IMG/VR virus record: IMGVR_UViG_2648501563_000006
Span: 1 to 37,917 of that record
Strand: one strand, 5' to 3'
Source: a virus
DNA: 37,917 nt
Below are positions 1 through 9,833 of this stretch, in pieces. The position numbers were made by a program, and so were the translations under genes. The notes below the pieces were generated by a model. The model ran no database searches. It saw only the letters and a list, made by a program, of their open reading frames with translations, and was not told the origin of the DNA. Position 1 is the first letter of the stretch. The number at the start of each line of letters is the position of its first letter.

Positions 1-101
1 CGTACGGGCTCCTAATACAACTGACTATCAATATCCTATCGGTAAACGATGGATAGATCAAGTTGGACTTAATGACTATACTTTAGTTGGAATAACATCA
101 A
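1..101. repeat. 101-nt terminal overlap identical to 37817..37917 (circular closure or terminal redundancy)
   Basis: Direct reading: the window starts cgtacgggctcctaatacaactgac... and the same string runs from 37817 to the last base. An ORF reads through the junction in frame. Confidence 0.95.
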
Positions 102-1051
102 TCGGTGGAGTTCTTTCAGGAACATGGAATCTTTTAGGCACTAATACAGGGGCTCTTAATACTCTTACTGGTGGTTCAGGGGGCGCTATTAGCCCTAGTG
201 CTGGAAATATTACATTAGCAGGTACAACAGGACAGATTACGACAACAGGTTCGGGAAGTACTATAACATGGTCTCTTCCTTCAGCGATTACTGCACCAGG
301 ATCACTTACAACTACAACCACGCTAACATCCGGAACTACATTAACTGTAGGTACAAGTGCTTCAGTCGGAACAACTCTTGGAGTAACAGGAGCCACAACA
401 TTAAGTTCTACTTTAGGAGTTACAGGACTTGCAACACTTGCAGCATTAACACAAGCAGGTACAGCTTCTATTAATGCTACAGGGTCAGCCGCAACCACAA
501 TTGGTGGATCATCAGGAGCTATAACAATAGCTGTTGGTGCCGGTAATTTGGCGATTAATGGTGCAGGTAATACCATTAATGTTGGTACGGATGCAGCCAA
601 TACAATTAACGTTGGTTCCGGAGCATATGCTTCTCTTATTACAATTGGATCGGTCACAGGAGCTGCTTCACTCGCATTAAAAGCAGGGACAGGAAATATC
701 GCTTTATCCACATCAGCAACAGGAACAATTACCTTAGGTTTAGCTACACAAACTGGTACAATTACTATAGGTGCTTCGACAGCAGGTCAAACTATATCAA
801 TTGGTGCTGCAGCTGGAGCTAACACTATAACTATAGGTTCTAGCACAACAGGTAACATAACTAATTTATCATCAGCTATCACAGCATTACCTGGACCAGT
901 GTATGTTTATACAGGAGCTGGTGCTCCTTCTAATGGTTTAGCATTGCATGTGGGAGATTTGTATATCAATACAACAGCCGCTTCAGCCACAACGAGAATG
1001 TATATAGCTACAGCAGCTAGCACATGGACTAACGTAACTTGCGCAGGTTAA
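1..1051 (+). CDS. tail fibre protein, 3' portion (ORF begins at ATG 37737 and crosses the junction; 376 codons in total)
   Basis: The frame is open from nt 2 to TAA 1049-1051 and is continuous with 37737..37816. Gly/Thr/Ser/Ala-rich repeats (TGTITLG, NTINVG) are typical of fibres. The 548 start in the ORF track is internal. Confidence 0.75.
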   Translation, partial: VRAPNTTDYQYPIGKRWIDQVGLNDYTLVGITSIGGVLSGTWNLLGTNTGALNTLTGGSGGAISPSAGNITLAGTTGQITTTGSGSTITWSLPSAITAPGSLTTTTTLTSGTTLTVGTSASVGTTLGVTGATTLSSTLGVTGLATLAALTQAGTASINATGSAATTIGGSSGAITIAVGAGNLAINGAGNTINVGTDAANTINVGSGAYASLITIGSVTGAASLALKAGTGNIALSTSATGTITLGLATQTGTITIGASTAGQTISIGAAAGANTITIGSSTTGNITNLSSAITALPGPVYVYTGAGAPSNGLALHVGDLYINTTAASATTRMYIATAASTWTNVTCAG

Positions 1052-1053
1052 AA

Positions 1054-1266
1054 ATGCTAAAGAATTTTTCAAGAATAGAAGCACAAGTAGGGAGTCGTTT
1101 ATATCATTTATCATGTGATATGGATTCTCCCATCACTGAAGTAAAAGAGGCATTATATCAATTCACAAAATATATAGGCCAGATAGAAGATAAATTAAAA
1201 TCAGATGCTCAATCATTGGAGCAACCTGTTCAAGAAAACCCACCTGTAGAATCAAAGGAAACCTAA
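1054..1266 (+). CDS. hypothetical protein (70 aa) between two fibre genes; a fibre assembly factor is possible
   Basis: ATG at 1054 lies in frame inside the track ORF 1039..1266, whose own start is TTG. Position only; no recognisable motif. Confidence 0.45.
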   Translation: MLKNFSRIEAQVGSRLYHLSCDMDSPITEVKEALYQFTKYIGQIEDKLKSDAQSLEQPVQENPPVESKET

Positions 1267-1267
1267 T

Positions 1268-1603
1268 ATGCCATCATTATTACCTGCAACAGCTCAACCA
1301 TTAACTCAAATATCGATAGGGGAAGCTAGTGTTGGAAGTTCTTATACTTCAGTGGGAACATTCACTTCATGGTTAGAAATTATGATTATAGTTTCTACTC
1401 TCGATGCTGCTGTTCAATTATCTTTTGACGGTGTTAATGCTCATATAGCTATTCCAGCAGGAAATAGCGAACCTGTTATATTTAATATCGATTTTAAATC
1501 TAATCTTTTGACGATGCCATTAACTTCAGTTTACGTAAAAAGAATAGGTACTCCTTCAGCTGGAAGCTTATATATAAGCGGATTTAGTTCATCTCTACAA
1601 TAA
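1268..1603 (+). CDS. hypothetical structural-module protein (111 aa)
   Basis: ORF with aagga upstream of the ATG, tightly packed between fibre genes. Confidence 0.5.
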   Translation: MPSLLPATAQPLTQISIGEASVGSSYTSVGTFTSWLEIMIIVSTLDAAVQLSFDGVNAHIAIPAGNSEPVIFNIDFKSNLLTMPLTSVYVKRIGTPSAGSLYISGFSSSLQ

Positions 1604-1610
1604 GGATGAT

Positions 1611-4600
1611 ATGCACCAAGACCTTTCACAACAAGCCTATTGTCAATCGGTAGGTACAAACTCGACCAATTATCCTGTCATCGATAAAAGAAATCCAACA
1701 GTAAATGACATATATTATCCTATTGGAAAGTTTTGGATTAATCAGACTGGCCCAAATCAAAGCTTATGGTATCTAAATTCGCTTTCTAATGCTACAGGTA
1801 CACTACAAGCACTTTGGATACCTATTTCTATTGAGACAGTATTAGCCACATTATCAGATACCGGCAATGCAAATATCGTCCCTCCCTCTTTAAGTAGCGC
1901 GAGTCCTCCAGATAATATCCAAATTATTGGTGGAACAGGTATAACTGTTGTAGGAAATGCGTCTAATAATAGTTTAACCATTACAAATACTTCTGGAGCT
2001 GCTGAGACACTAACCGGTAACGATGGTGTTGCCGTATCCGCTTCGGGTGGAACTATTCAAACTCTTGGTAATGTTGTTGCAAGCGGAACACATTCGGGAT
2101 ATCCTCTATACACATTCAATCCATCTAGTAATATTGAACAATGGGATATTCAAGTTGCATCTGCAATATCATCGACAAATATTGATTTAACCGGATTAGC
2201 AGCATTCAACAATACTCAGTTCGCCGTAGATTCTAATGGTTTTGTAACTTTGTACGGTGGTTCCGGTGCTCCGACATTGGGTATTACTCCAAATGCGCAT
2301 ACATCACCCGGCACTTCTCCTGTAGTACCAAATGCAAGTGGGGACATAATTATAGAAGGTGGAGCTACTTTTGCCACCGGAACACAAGCCAATCCAATAA
2401 GAACCAATTCTCTTGCTGCTAATACTATAGATCTACAAATACAATTAGCTGGTTCCCATGCAGCCACATCCACAGCAAATGATTTTGGTGTAGCTCAATT
2501 TGACTCTAATTCATTTGGTGTCACTAGTGGTTTTGTCACATTGAAAAATGGTGGCACAACAGGCGCGGTTACTTCTGTTATTGGAGATGATTCTAATCCT
2601 GTTGTACCAGCTTCTGGTGCTATTACTTTTGAAGGAACCGTTGTTGCTAATGCTACTAATGCTAAACCTGTTTATTTTCTTAAAGGCGCAACTAGCACTG
2701 AAGAACTAGAAGTTCAACTCACTACAACTAGCACATCAGGCTCGAAAAACATCAATAATGCCGGTCTAGCCTCATTTGATAGCGCTGCTTTTACAGTAGA
2801 TTCAGCTACTGGTTTCGTATCTCTAGTAGGAGGATCAGCTCCTGCGGTAGAGACATTAACCGGTAATACTGGTGGGGCAATTAGTCCATCATCCGGAAAT
2901 ATTGGAACTGTTGGAACTGGTAGTATCACAATTGTAGGATCTGGACATACTCTTACAACTGAATTAACAGGTTTAACTCAATATGATATTTTAGTTGGAC
3001 AAGGAAGTACAACGATAGGTTTAGTGGTTCCTTCGGCAACATCTGGTGTACCATTAATTTCCCAGGGATCTTCAAGCTATCCGGTATTTGGGACTGCCGT
3101 AGTAGCAGGAGGTGGTACAGGTGCCACAACTCTTACGGGTGTTTTGATCGGTAATGGAACATCTGCTATCACTGGAAATGCGATTACACAATATGATGTC
3201 TTGGTTGGGGGCGCTTCTAATGCTATTACTTCGATTTCACCAAGCACATCTGGATATGTTTTAACATCCAATGGCCCTGGAGAAAATCCGACATTTCAAG
3301 CAGTAGGAGCTTCTTCAATAACTCTTGATGGCGATTCAGGTTCAGCTAGTGGATCTACGATAACGATCAGTGGCGGAACATCAGGATTAACAACTACAGC
3401 TACAATAGCTACAATGGATATTACCGGTACTCTTAACGTATCCCACGGAGGAACGGGAGCTACTACACTTACAGGAGTGCTTACAGGTAATGGCACATCA
3501 GCTATTACAGCCAGTTCTGTCACGCAATACGATGTTTTAGTTGGTGGTGCTTCTAATGCGATTTCATCTGTAGGTCCTGGAACTTCAGGACAAGTATTGC
3601 AATCAGGAGGCGGAAGCGGTAATCCTGCTTATTCAACAGCTACATATCCTTCTAGCACGACAGTGAATCAAATACTTTATTCCTCTTCAAATAATACGAT
3701 TGCGGGTCTCGCAACAGGAAATAATGGTGTTTTAATCACTTCATCGGGTGGCGTTCCTTCTATTCTAGCAGACGGTACCACGGGTCAAGTTCTTACTGCC
3801 ACAACAGGTTCTCCTCCATCTTGGACAAGCATTAGTGTTACTGGGATCAGTACATTGGATGGTGATTCAGGTTCGTGTACCGGTTCAACCGTGACAATAT
3901 CAGGTGGAAGTACTGGTCTCACTACTTCAGCTTCATCCGCTACAATGGATCTAACAGGAACTTTAAATGTTGGACATGGCGGTACAGGTGATACTTCATT
4001 TACAGCTTATAGTGTAATTTGCGGTGGCACTACATCTACAGGTGCTTTACAAAACGTTTCTGGTCTAGGAACTTCCGGTTATGTTCTTACAAGTAATGGA
4101 CCGGGAGAGCTACCTAGTTGGCAGAACGCCGGTGATAATGCCCTCGCAATTACTATGGACGCTGGAACTTCGCCTATATCTCCTTCTTCCGGAGCTTTAG
4201 TATTTACAGGTGCACAAGTTGCTAGTGGTGTCGTAGGAACAAATGTAATACGCACAGATGGTTCTGCATCTAATACTATGACTCTTCAGATACAGAGATC
4301 AACTACAGCAGGATCATCAACTGTATCAGATAATGGAGTTTGTCATTTTAGTAGCACAGAGTTTAGCGTAGATTCTAATGGTTTTGTGACATCAAATAAT
4401 ATTACGCTTGTAGCCGGCACAGGAATAACTTTAAGTCCTAGCACCGGATTAGTTACACTCGGTGGAAGCATCACAATATCTTCAACAGGATCTGCCCTAT
4501 TTAATTACAAGAATGTGAATCATGGTTCCAGCCCTTATACAGTATTATCTACAGATCAATATTTATCTGTAGACTGTTCTGGGGGAACAGTAACATTGGA

Positions 4601-4793
4601 TTTTCCTAACACACCAACTACTTATCAAGTATGGTATGTAAAAGACAGAACAGGAAACGCTTCCACAAATAATATTTCGATTACAACTGTTGGCGGAACA
4701 GATACTATTGACGGTCAAACCACATACAAAATCGTTTCAAACTATGGTGCCGTTAATCTAATATATAATGGCACAAATTATGAAATTTTCTAA
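1611..4793 (+). CDS. long tail fibre protein (1060 aa) with internal repeats
   Basis: SD taagga before the ATG. Repeated ~100-aa units (LDGDSGS..GST.TISGG...HGGTG.T...QYDVLVGGASNAI...GYVLTSNGPGE.P) and a recurring F.VDSNGFVTL motif. The N-terminal YYPIGKFWINQ motif is shared with the fibre starting at 37737. Confidence 0.8.
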   Translation: MHQDLSQQAYCQSVGTNSTNYPVIDKRNPTVNDIYYPIGKFWINQTGPNQSLWYLNSLSNATGTLQALWIPISIETVLATLSDTGNANIVPPSLSSASPPDNIQIIGGTGITVVGNASNNSLTITNTSGAAETLTGNDGVAVSASGGTIQTLGNVVASGTHSGYPLYTFNPSSNIEQWDIQVASAISSTNIDLTGLAAFNNTQFAVDSNGFVTLYGGSGAPTLGITPNAHTSPGTSPVVPNASGDIIIEGGATFATGTQANPIRTNSLAANTIDLQIQLAGSHAATSTANDFGVAQFDSNSFGVTSGFVTLKNGGTTGAVTSVIGDDSNPVVPASGAITFEGTVVANATNAKPVYFLKGATSTEELEVQLTTTSTSGSKNINNAGLASFDSAAFTVDSATGFVSLVGGSAPAVETLTGNTGGAISPSSGNIGTVGTGSITIVGSGHTLTTELTGLTQYDILVGQGSTTIGLVVPSATSGVPLISQGSSSYPVFGTAVVAGGGTGATTLTGVLIGNGTSAITGNAITQYDVLVGGASNAITSISPSTSGYVLTSNGPGENPTFQAVGASSITLDGDSGSASGSTITISGGTSGLTTTATIATMDITGTLNVSHGGTGATTLTGVLTGNGTSAITASSVTQYDVLVGGASNAISSVGPGTSGQVLQSGGGSGNPAYSTATYPSSTTVNQILYSSSNNTIAGLATGNNGVLITSSGGVPSILADGTTGQVLTATTGSPPSWTSISVTGISTLDGDSGSCTGSTVTISGGSTGLTTSASSATMDLTGTLNVGHGGTGDTSFTAYSVICGGTTSTGALQNVSGLGTSGYVLTSNGPGELPSWQNAGDNALAITMDAGTSPISPSSGALVFTGAQVASGVVGTNVIRTDGSASNTMTLQIQRSTTAGSSTVSDNGVCHFSSTEFSVDSNGFVTSNNITLVAGTGITLSPSTGLVTLGGSITISSTGSALFNYKNVNHGSSPYTVLSTDQYLSVDCSGGTVTLDFPNTPTTYQVWYVKDRTGNASTNNISITTVGGTDTIDGQTTYKIVSNYGAVNLIYNGTNYEIF

Positions 4794-4816
4794 TTATTGA
4801 TAATTAAGAGGTAAAA

Positions 4817-6121
4817 GTGGCTTACAGAAACTACGACACAGCTGTATCTCATATCGTAGATCCTAACGGGTTTGGAGATTTTACTACAATTGGTTCAGCA
4901 TTAACAGCAGCTTCATCGGGTCAAACTATATTTATTCGACCAGGAACTTATACCGAGAATCCTACCTTAGTTGCAGGTGTCAATTTGACAGCTTTTGAAT
5001 GCGATAGCGCATTATCATCTACAAGTAATGTGATTATTAAAGGAAATTGCACTCTTTCTACAGCAGGGACAGTAACAATATCAGGTGTACAATTACAAAC
5101 AAACTCAGCAAACTGCATCACTGTATCGGGAAGTGTGGCCTCAATATTAAATTTAAATAATTGTTACATAAACTGCACGAATAATACCGGTATTTCTTAT
5201 AGTTCTTCAAGTTCTTCATCACAAATAAATATATTTAATTGTAATGGAAACCTGGGAACAACAAGTATCGGACTTTTTTCCGACAGTTCTTCTGGTTTAC
5301 TTTATTTTAGAAATTGCTATTTTACAAATTCAGGTAGTTCTACAACCGCTTCAACATGTTCAGCAGGTCAATTAAATACTTTCGCGTGTACTTTTAATAA
5401 TCCCTTGACATATAGCTCTTCAAACACGTCTTCATCCTTAGAACATACAGATATTGAAACGAATTCAACCAATTCCACATCTATTACAACAAGTGGTACA
5501 GGTACTTTAGGTGTAGACTATTGTTATATAGCTTCAGGATCAGCTTCTTCATTATCTATTGGTACAGGAACCACAATTATAGGATATTTTACTGAAATAA
5601 ATTCTTCAAATACAAATGCAGTTACAGGGCTAGGCACATTTTCTTCCAATGGAACGATATATGTTAATTCACATCTAAGTAACGTCACGACTCAATCAGG
5701 TGGGGCAATTTCAGGTATAACTCAGGGGACAGCTCCGAGCGCCGGTTTCATAGGTGAACAGTTTAGAGCTAATAATACAGTAAACACTCTTAGTAATAAT
5801 ACACCTACAAACATTACTTCTATTAATTTGACTGCAGGTATTTGGGATATATCCTTGGTAACATTAACTGAATTTTCAGGTGTTTCTACTCAAAACAGTG
5901 TGGCCATATCAACGAATTCAGCATCATTTACAGGTGTGACAGCAGGCGATAATTATCTCGTAGCTCAATTTACACAAACAGCTCCTTTTATTTGCTTGTC
6001 CATTCCGAGTTATAGGGTAACTATTTCATCTACTACAACATACTATCTTGTTGCTCAAATTACGTTTTCATCAGGAGGAGGAAATGTTATCGGAAGGATT
6101 TCAGGAACCAGAGTTGGTTAA
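4817..6121 (+). CDS. tailspike-like protein, probable right-handed beta-helix (pectin-lyase fold)
   Basis: GTG start after gaggtaaaa. The N-terminal GDFTTIGSALTAASSGQTIFIRPGTYTE resembles the start of beta-helix tailspikes and depolymerases. The body is Ser/Thr/Asn-rich and repetitive. Confidence 0.6.
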   Translation: MAYRNYDTAVSHIVDPNGFGDFTTIGSALTAASSGQTIFIRPGTYTENPTLVAGVNLTAFECDSALSSTSNVIIKGNCTLSTAGTVTISGVQLQTNSANCITVSGSVASILNLNNCYINCTNNTGISYSSSSSSSQINIFNCNGNLGTTSIGLFSDSSSGLLYFRNCYFTNSGSSTTASTCSAGQLNTFACTFNNPLTYSSSNTSSSLEHTDIETNSTNSTSITTSGTGTLGVDYCYIASGSASSLSIGTGTTIIGYFTEINSSNTNAVTGLGTFSSNGTIYVNSHLSNVTTQSGGAISGITQGTAPSAGFIGEQFRANNTVNTLSNNTPTNITSINLTAGIWDISLVTLTEFSGVSTQNSVAISTNSASFTGVTAGDNYLVAQFTQTAPFICLSIPSYRVTISSTTTYYLVAQITFSSGGGNVIGRISGTRVG

Positions 6122-6387
6122 AATCCATAATTTTCTTCAGTAAAATTGTACTGTGGAAATAAATATCGAGCTTTGTACAAAGGTTGAAAATTACCATATT
6201 CCATTATTTCTCGAGCATCTGTGAAATAATGCATATAGTCTGTCATAAAACATAAATATTTTTCTGACGTTTCATCTTTAATCAAAAATATTTGAAGTTC
6301 GATAAAGTACGTCGTCATAATATGTTCTACGATATCGTATTCATGCTCTTCAACATAATATACTTGTTCAGTCATCACATCCATCAT
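6118..6387 (-). CDS. hypothetical early protein (89 aa)
   Basis: ORF in a tightly overlapping leftward operon. Confidence 0.5.
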   Translation of the reverse strand: MMDVMTEQVYYVEEHEYDIVEHIMTTYFIELQIFLIKDETSEKYLCFMTDYMHYFTDAREIMEYGNFQPLYKARYLFPQYNFTEENYGF

Positions 6388-6628
6388 CTTTTCCCTCTTT
6401 TGTTTTCCATATTTTTTCGTAGTAATCCATAATTTTTAACATATCAAGTTTATATTGAGTATAAGGATAATCATTTATCATATAGTATGATGCAATTTGC
6501 GAAGCCATCGCACTAATCCATATACTGATGGAATATTTAGGCGAAGAATTTATAGCTTTATCCAATTTATTAAATGCATTTTTAAATTGCTCTGTGACTT
6601 CATTTCTTTCTGATTCAGGATCTTTCAT
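6368..6628 (-). CDS. hypothetical early protein (86 aa)
   Basis: ORF that overlaps its neighbours by a few codons, in operon-like packing. Confidence 0.5.
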   Translation of the reverse strand: MKDPESERNEVTEQFKNAFNKLDKAINSSPKYSISIWISAMASQIASYYMINDYPYTQYKLDMLKIMDYYEKIWKTKEGKDDGCDD

Positions 6629-6884
6629 TTTTGATCTTTCCTAGATTACATTCTTTTGCATTTTCAAGGTGATTTTTGATGTACTTTTCCAAAATTAAAA
6701 TCTGCATTTGCAAGTTATCGATTTGTGCTTGCAATAATCCTTGTTCTTTTGCTAATGTGGTGTGGCGTGTAAAGAGTCCTTTTCGCAGGTTTTCCACTGC
6801 TTTTGACTGACGTTTGAGCTCCTCACGGAGCTCTTCGTTTTCTGTTTTAGGAAAAAATTCTAATTGTATCATCTTTTTATACAC
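6615..6884 (-). CDS. hypothetical coiled-coil protein (89 aa; GTG start, alternative ATG at 6872)
   Basis: ORF with a charged, heptad-like sequence. Confidence 0.45.
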   Translation of the reverse strand: MYKKMIQLEFFPKTENEELREELKRQSKAVENLRKGLFTRHTTLAKEQGLLQAQIDNLQMQILILEKYIKNHLENAKECNLGKIKNERS

Positions 6885-6994
6885 CCATCATTATTTACTA
6901 TATAAGTATCTTGTGAAACGACTTTAACGGTAGCTTGAGCATAAGATGCAAATATTGTTGTGGCCAATATGGCAAACATAATCGTCTTTTTCAT
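6869..6994 (-). CDS. small secreted peptide candidate (41 aa)
   Basis: My own translation: MKKTIMFAILATTIFASYAQATVKVV..., a signal-peptide-like N-terminus. Below the ORF-track length cut-off. Confidence 0.3.
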   Translation of the reverse strand: MKKTIMFAILATTIFASYAQATVKVVSQDTYIVNNDGCIKR

Positions 6995-7081
6995 AGTATT
7001 TTCCTGTATTGTTGTTTTTCTTTAATTTCATCTAACCTTCTCTCAGCCATTCCACGATGGAATAACCAAGAAAAAAAACTC

Positions 7082-7930
7082 TTAATCATTTTCTAACCTA
7101 TACATTTCTATTGGTGTTTTTCTGTATTTTTCTAAGTCTATTTCTTTCAATTCGGGTATCGCTTTATAATCAATAGATCCTTTTCGTACTATTTTCGACA
7201 GTTTTATACCGCCCCCCTTGCAATTTGACTTTCCAGACATACATATGAGACTGCTTCTCAAATCTTCTTCCTCTTTTTCCAATTGCGTCATTTGATTTTT
7301 TATCTGTTTCCATTTTGCAGCTGTCTCTATCCATATATCATCTTCTTTCTGTATAAAATCTCTTTCTATCATTCTAGGAGCTGTTAAATTCTGTACACAA
7401 TCATAGAATTCAACCTCTTTACAGATCATATTTTTGATATATGATTCATCTCTGTTGACTACTATCACTTTCGATGAGTTATCACTGTAACTGAAATAAT
7501 AAGCTTTGTCAAGTTCACAAATAGCCATCTGATGTTGTAATTGTGGGAAATACTTCTCCGGTATATTGCCGGATAGGGCTATTTCATGATCCACTTTTCC
7601 GGGACATTTTATTTCTACGATATTTTTTCCTTCAATATCAATGCCATCTAAGCTTGCCATCATCCATTCATGTTCTTTATGGAAGAGTACCTGTGGAAAA
7701 ACCACCAATCCTGTTTCCTTTTCAAAAGCTTTCCTAGCGCTTTCTTCCATTTCTAAACCTCGTTTCATCGCTGATGATGAAAAGGATTCTTTTAATCCTA
7801 GTTTTTCTTCCCAGAGTTGATAAGGGGTCTTCCACGGGCTTACATGCATAATAACAGGCGCATCCGATGCGCCTATTTTATTTTTTCTTAACTCTAACCA
7901 CTCATTAGATTGTTGAATTAAAGCGCTCAT
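7082..7930 (-). CDS. YqaJ / lambda-Exo-like recombination exonuclease
   Basis: N-terminal W..LR...IGASDAPVIMHVSPWKTPYQLWEEKLG, then ASLDG and EIKCP motifs characteristic of the YqaJ viral recombinase family. Adjacent to recT. Confidence 0.85.
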   Translation of the reverse strand: MSALIQQSNEWLELRKNKIGASDAPVIMHVSPWKTPYQLWEEKLGLKESFSSSAMKRGLEMEESARKAFEKETGLVVFPQVLFHKEHEWMMASLDGIDIEGKNIVEIKCPGKVDHEIALSGNIPEKYFPQLQHQMAICELDKAYYFSYSDNSSKVIVVNRDESYIKNMICKEVEFYDCVQNLTAPRMIERDFIQKEDDIWIETAAKWKQIKNQMTQLEKEEEDLRSSLICMSGKSNCKGGGIKLSKIVRKGSIDYKAIPELKEIDLEKYRKTPIEMYRLEND

Positions 7931-7931
7931 T

Positions 7932-8735
7932 TTATGCCTCCATCGCTACTGATTCTAATACCATATCTTCTTTACCCATAGCCTTCAAAAATGCTTCTTC
8001 TTTCTTCTTGATAGCTGCATTTTTTACTCTATCATAAAATGCAACAGGTAGTTCGTAGAGAGAATTTGCATTAATAGGGTGTTTCTTTATGAAATTCATA
8101 ACGGTTTCTTGATATTCTACTTCGCAATCACCAAGAATTTCAATAAGAGTGTCCGCCATTTCTTTGGAGATTATCTCTACCACGGATTCTTCTCTATGTG
8201 TTGGAGCGTGATTATTGTTTTTTATTTCAATCAGTTCTTCGTGTGTATATCCGGCCCCCTTAATTACATCAGGAAATAATTGACGCGCTAACATAGACAT
8301 CGCTCTATTGTAAAGCATAATGCTAGGATATTTCTCATACATATTCTTGGCCAATCCGGCTCTCTTAGCATCATCCCATGAAAAAGTTATTGTCCAAGTG
8401 TCTCCGTTATCACATCTCTTTCCATGTAAAATGCATATCGTATTATCCGATTTAGGATCTTTTATAATGCTGTGTCCTTTCTGACGTATTAAAGACGCCA
8501 TCATTTCAGATGACATTCCTACTTTGCCTTGTACGTAATAAAGTCCACCATTCAACGCCTCTAAAGGATGAATATTCAAAGATTTGGCTTTCTGCACTAT
8601 GGCAAACAATCCTGCTTCACCCATCGATTGAAAATGTTTTGTCTTCATTAATGTTGAACACATGTTTGTCATCGTATCTACGTCTTTCAAAATAGTATCA
8701 AAACAAACTTCTTCTCTAATTGCTAATGTATTCAT
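7932..8735 (-). CDS. recT: RecT-family single-strand annealing protein
   Basis: Size, synteny with the exonuclease, and RecT-like central region (YYVQGKVGMSSEMMASLIRQKGHSI ... MLYNRAMSMLARQLFPD). Confidence 0.7.
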   Translation of the reverse strand: MNTLAIREEVCFDTILKDVDTMTNMCSTLMKTKHFQSMGEAGLFAIVQKAKSLNIHPLEALNGGLYYVQGKVGMSSEMMASLIRQKGHSIIKDPKSDNTICILHGKRCDNGDTWTITFSWDDAKRAGLAKNMYEKYPSIMLYNRAMSMLARQLFPDVIKGAGYTHEELIEIKNNNHAPTHREESVVEIISKEMADTLIEILGDCEVEYQETVMNFIKKHPINANSLYELPVAFYDRVKNAAIKKKEEAFLKAMGKEDMVLESVAMEA

Positions 8736-8743
8736 GTTATCTC

Positions 8744-9115
8744 CTAAGCTTCTAGCTGTGCTAATTCACGTTTATAATAATTCTTAACCCTTTCCGCTTC
8801 CCTATCCTTTTCTTTGTAATGCTCTATGACCATACAATCTAAATCTTGTATGTCTTCAATTATACCAGAACCAACATTAAAGTTTGTACATAGCGTCACA
8901 AGAGCATTAGCAATTTTTTTCTTATCTATACTCTCTCTAGCGTTGTATAGTTCATTACACAAATCAAGAACAGCTGCTTTCAATTCGCACTTAGGAATTT
9001 CATACTCAGCAAAACTTCCGGATTCACGATCATATGATGAATATCGATCCGTCATTCTCACGGCTTCTTCATAATCCTCATCGACCCAATAATGATATTG
9101 TTCATTGTACAACAT
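8744..9115 (-). CDS. hypothetical early protein (123 aa), first gene of the leftward operon
   Basis: ORF next to the divergent promoter region. Confidence 0.5.
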   Translation of the reverse strand: MLYNEQYHYWVDEDYEEAVRMTDRYSSYDRESGSFAEYEIPKCELKAAVLDLCNELYNARESIDKKKIANALVTLCTNFNVGSGIIEDIQDLDCMVIEHYKEKDREAERVKNYYKRELAQLEA

Positions 9116-9188
9116 GTTTAGTCTCCTGTATTTGGTTTCGACGATATTTCCTGATCTTCAGTTGGTTGGATCAACACCGTCTTGTCAT

Positions 9189-9210
9189 AAATGTAACAAA
9201 TGTAACATTT
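9189..9210. promoter_or_regulatory. operator-like repeat/palindrome in the divergent early promoter region
   Basis: aatgtaaca occurs twice in tandem (9190-9198, 9199-9207). A perfect inverted repeat AAATGT-a-ACATTT lies at 9198-9210, between the leftward operon and the Cro-like gene. Confidence 0.4.
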
Positions 9211-9336
9211 ATACGCAACATTTTTGTGCAAAAAAATTACAAAAGATAATTTAAAATTATGTTTACTATTGATTTATATTCAATACTTCGTGTATGTTTT
9301 CTTTATATCTAAATAAAAATGTCTTTGGAGGACTGT

Positions 9337-9576
9337 ATGGATCTATATGATTACTATTATACGATGAAAAAAACTACCGGTTTAACCATGAGTGAGTTTG
9401 CTGCACAACTTAAATGTACGAGAGCTCATGTTCAAGGATTGATCGACGGATCGAGACATCCAAGCTTCAATATGGCTCAAAAAATTGAAGAAGTTACGAG
9501 AGGCCAGGTAAAAAAATGGGAAGCGATAAAATGGGCATGCGATTGCTATGATCGTAAGAACAATATAAATCAATGA
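9337..9576 (+). CDS. Cro/CI-type helix-turn-helix regulator (alternative start 9319)
   Basis: ggagg lies 6 nt upstream of ATG 9337. HTH segment LTMSEFAAQLKCTRAHVQGLIDG. Confidence 0.7.
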   Translation: MDLYDYYYTMKKTTGLTMSEFAAQLKCTRAHVQGLIDGSRHPSFNMAQKIEEVTRGQVKKWEAIKWACDCYDRKNNINQ

Positions 9577-9630
9577 GATTTATCTTTAAAAAAATGTCTG
9601 GCAAGTGATAAAACGTGTATTTAAAAAAAT

Positions 9631-9652
9631 GCCTCGATCTTATGACCGAGGC
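9631..9652 (-). terminator. GC-rich hairpin whose U-run lies on the - strand
   Basis: GCCTCG-atcttatgac-CGAGGC, preceded on the + strand by A7 (a T-run downstream when read on the - strand). Confidence 0.35.
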
Positions 9653-9734
9653 TAAACCAAATATCTTTACCTCGCACCTAATCCAACCACGGAAATGCAA
9701 GATAAAAACAAAATTAAGCAAAGTATGCTCAATT

Positions 9735-9804
9735 AAGGAAACCCAATGAAGGAAATCCAATGAAGGAAATCCAATGAAGGAGGCCCAATGAAGGAGGCCC
9801 AATT
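9735..9804. repeat. five tandem 14-nt repeats (AAGGARRYCCAATG)
   Basis: Read directly: aaggaaacccaatg, aaggaaatccaatg x2, aaggaggcccaatg, aaggaggcccaatt. Confidence 0.9.
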
Positions 9805-9833
9805 TATAAGCAAAGGAGGACCAATAATGGTGG

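Noticed and set aside
76-4000. Multiple - strand ORFs inside the fibre genes (76..711, 1757..1981, 2216..2473, 2714..2929, 3077..3271, 3296..3523) and the + strand ORF 268..474.
   Set aside because: They lie antisense to, or out of frame with, long repeat-rich fibre ORFs. Their Pro/Val/Ala-rich translations mirror the GGN/ACN/GCN codon bias of the sense strand. They have no SD sequences.
1611-4793. Diversity-generating retroelement or retron targeting the repeat-rich fibre.
   Set aside because: No reverse-transcriptase ORF and no template/variable repeat pair with adenine-specific differences was seen anywhere in the window.
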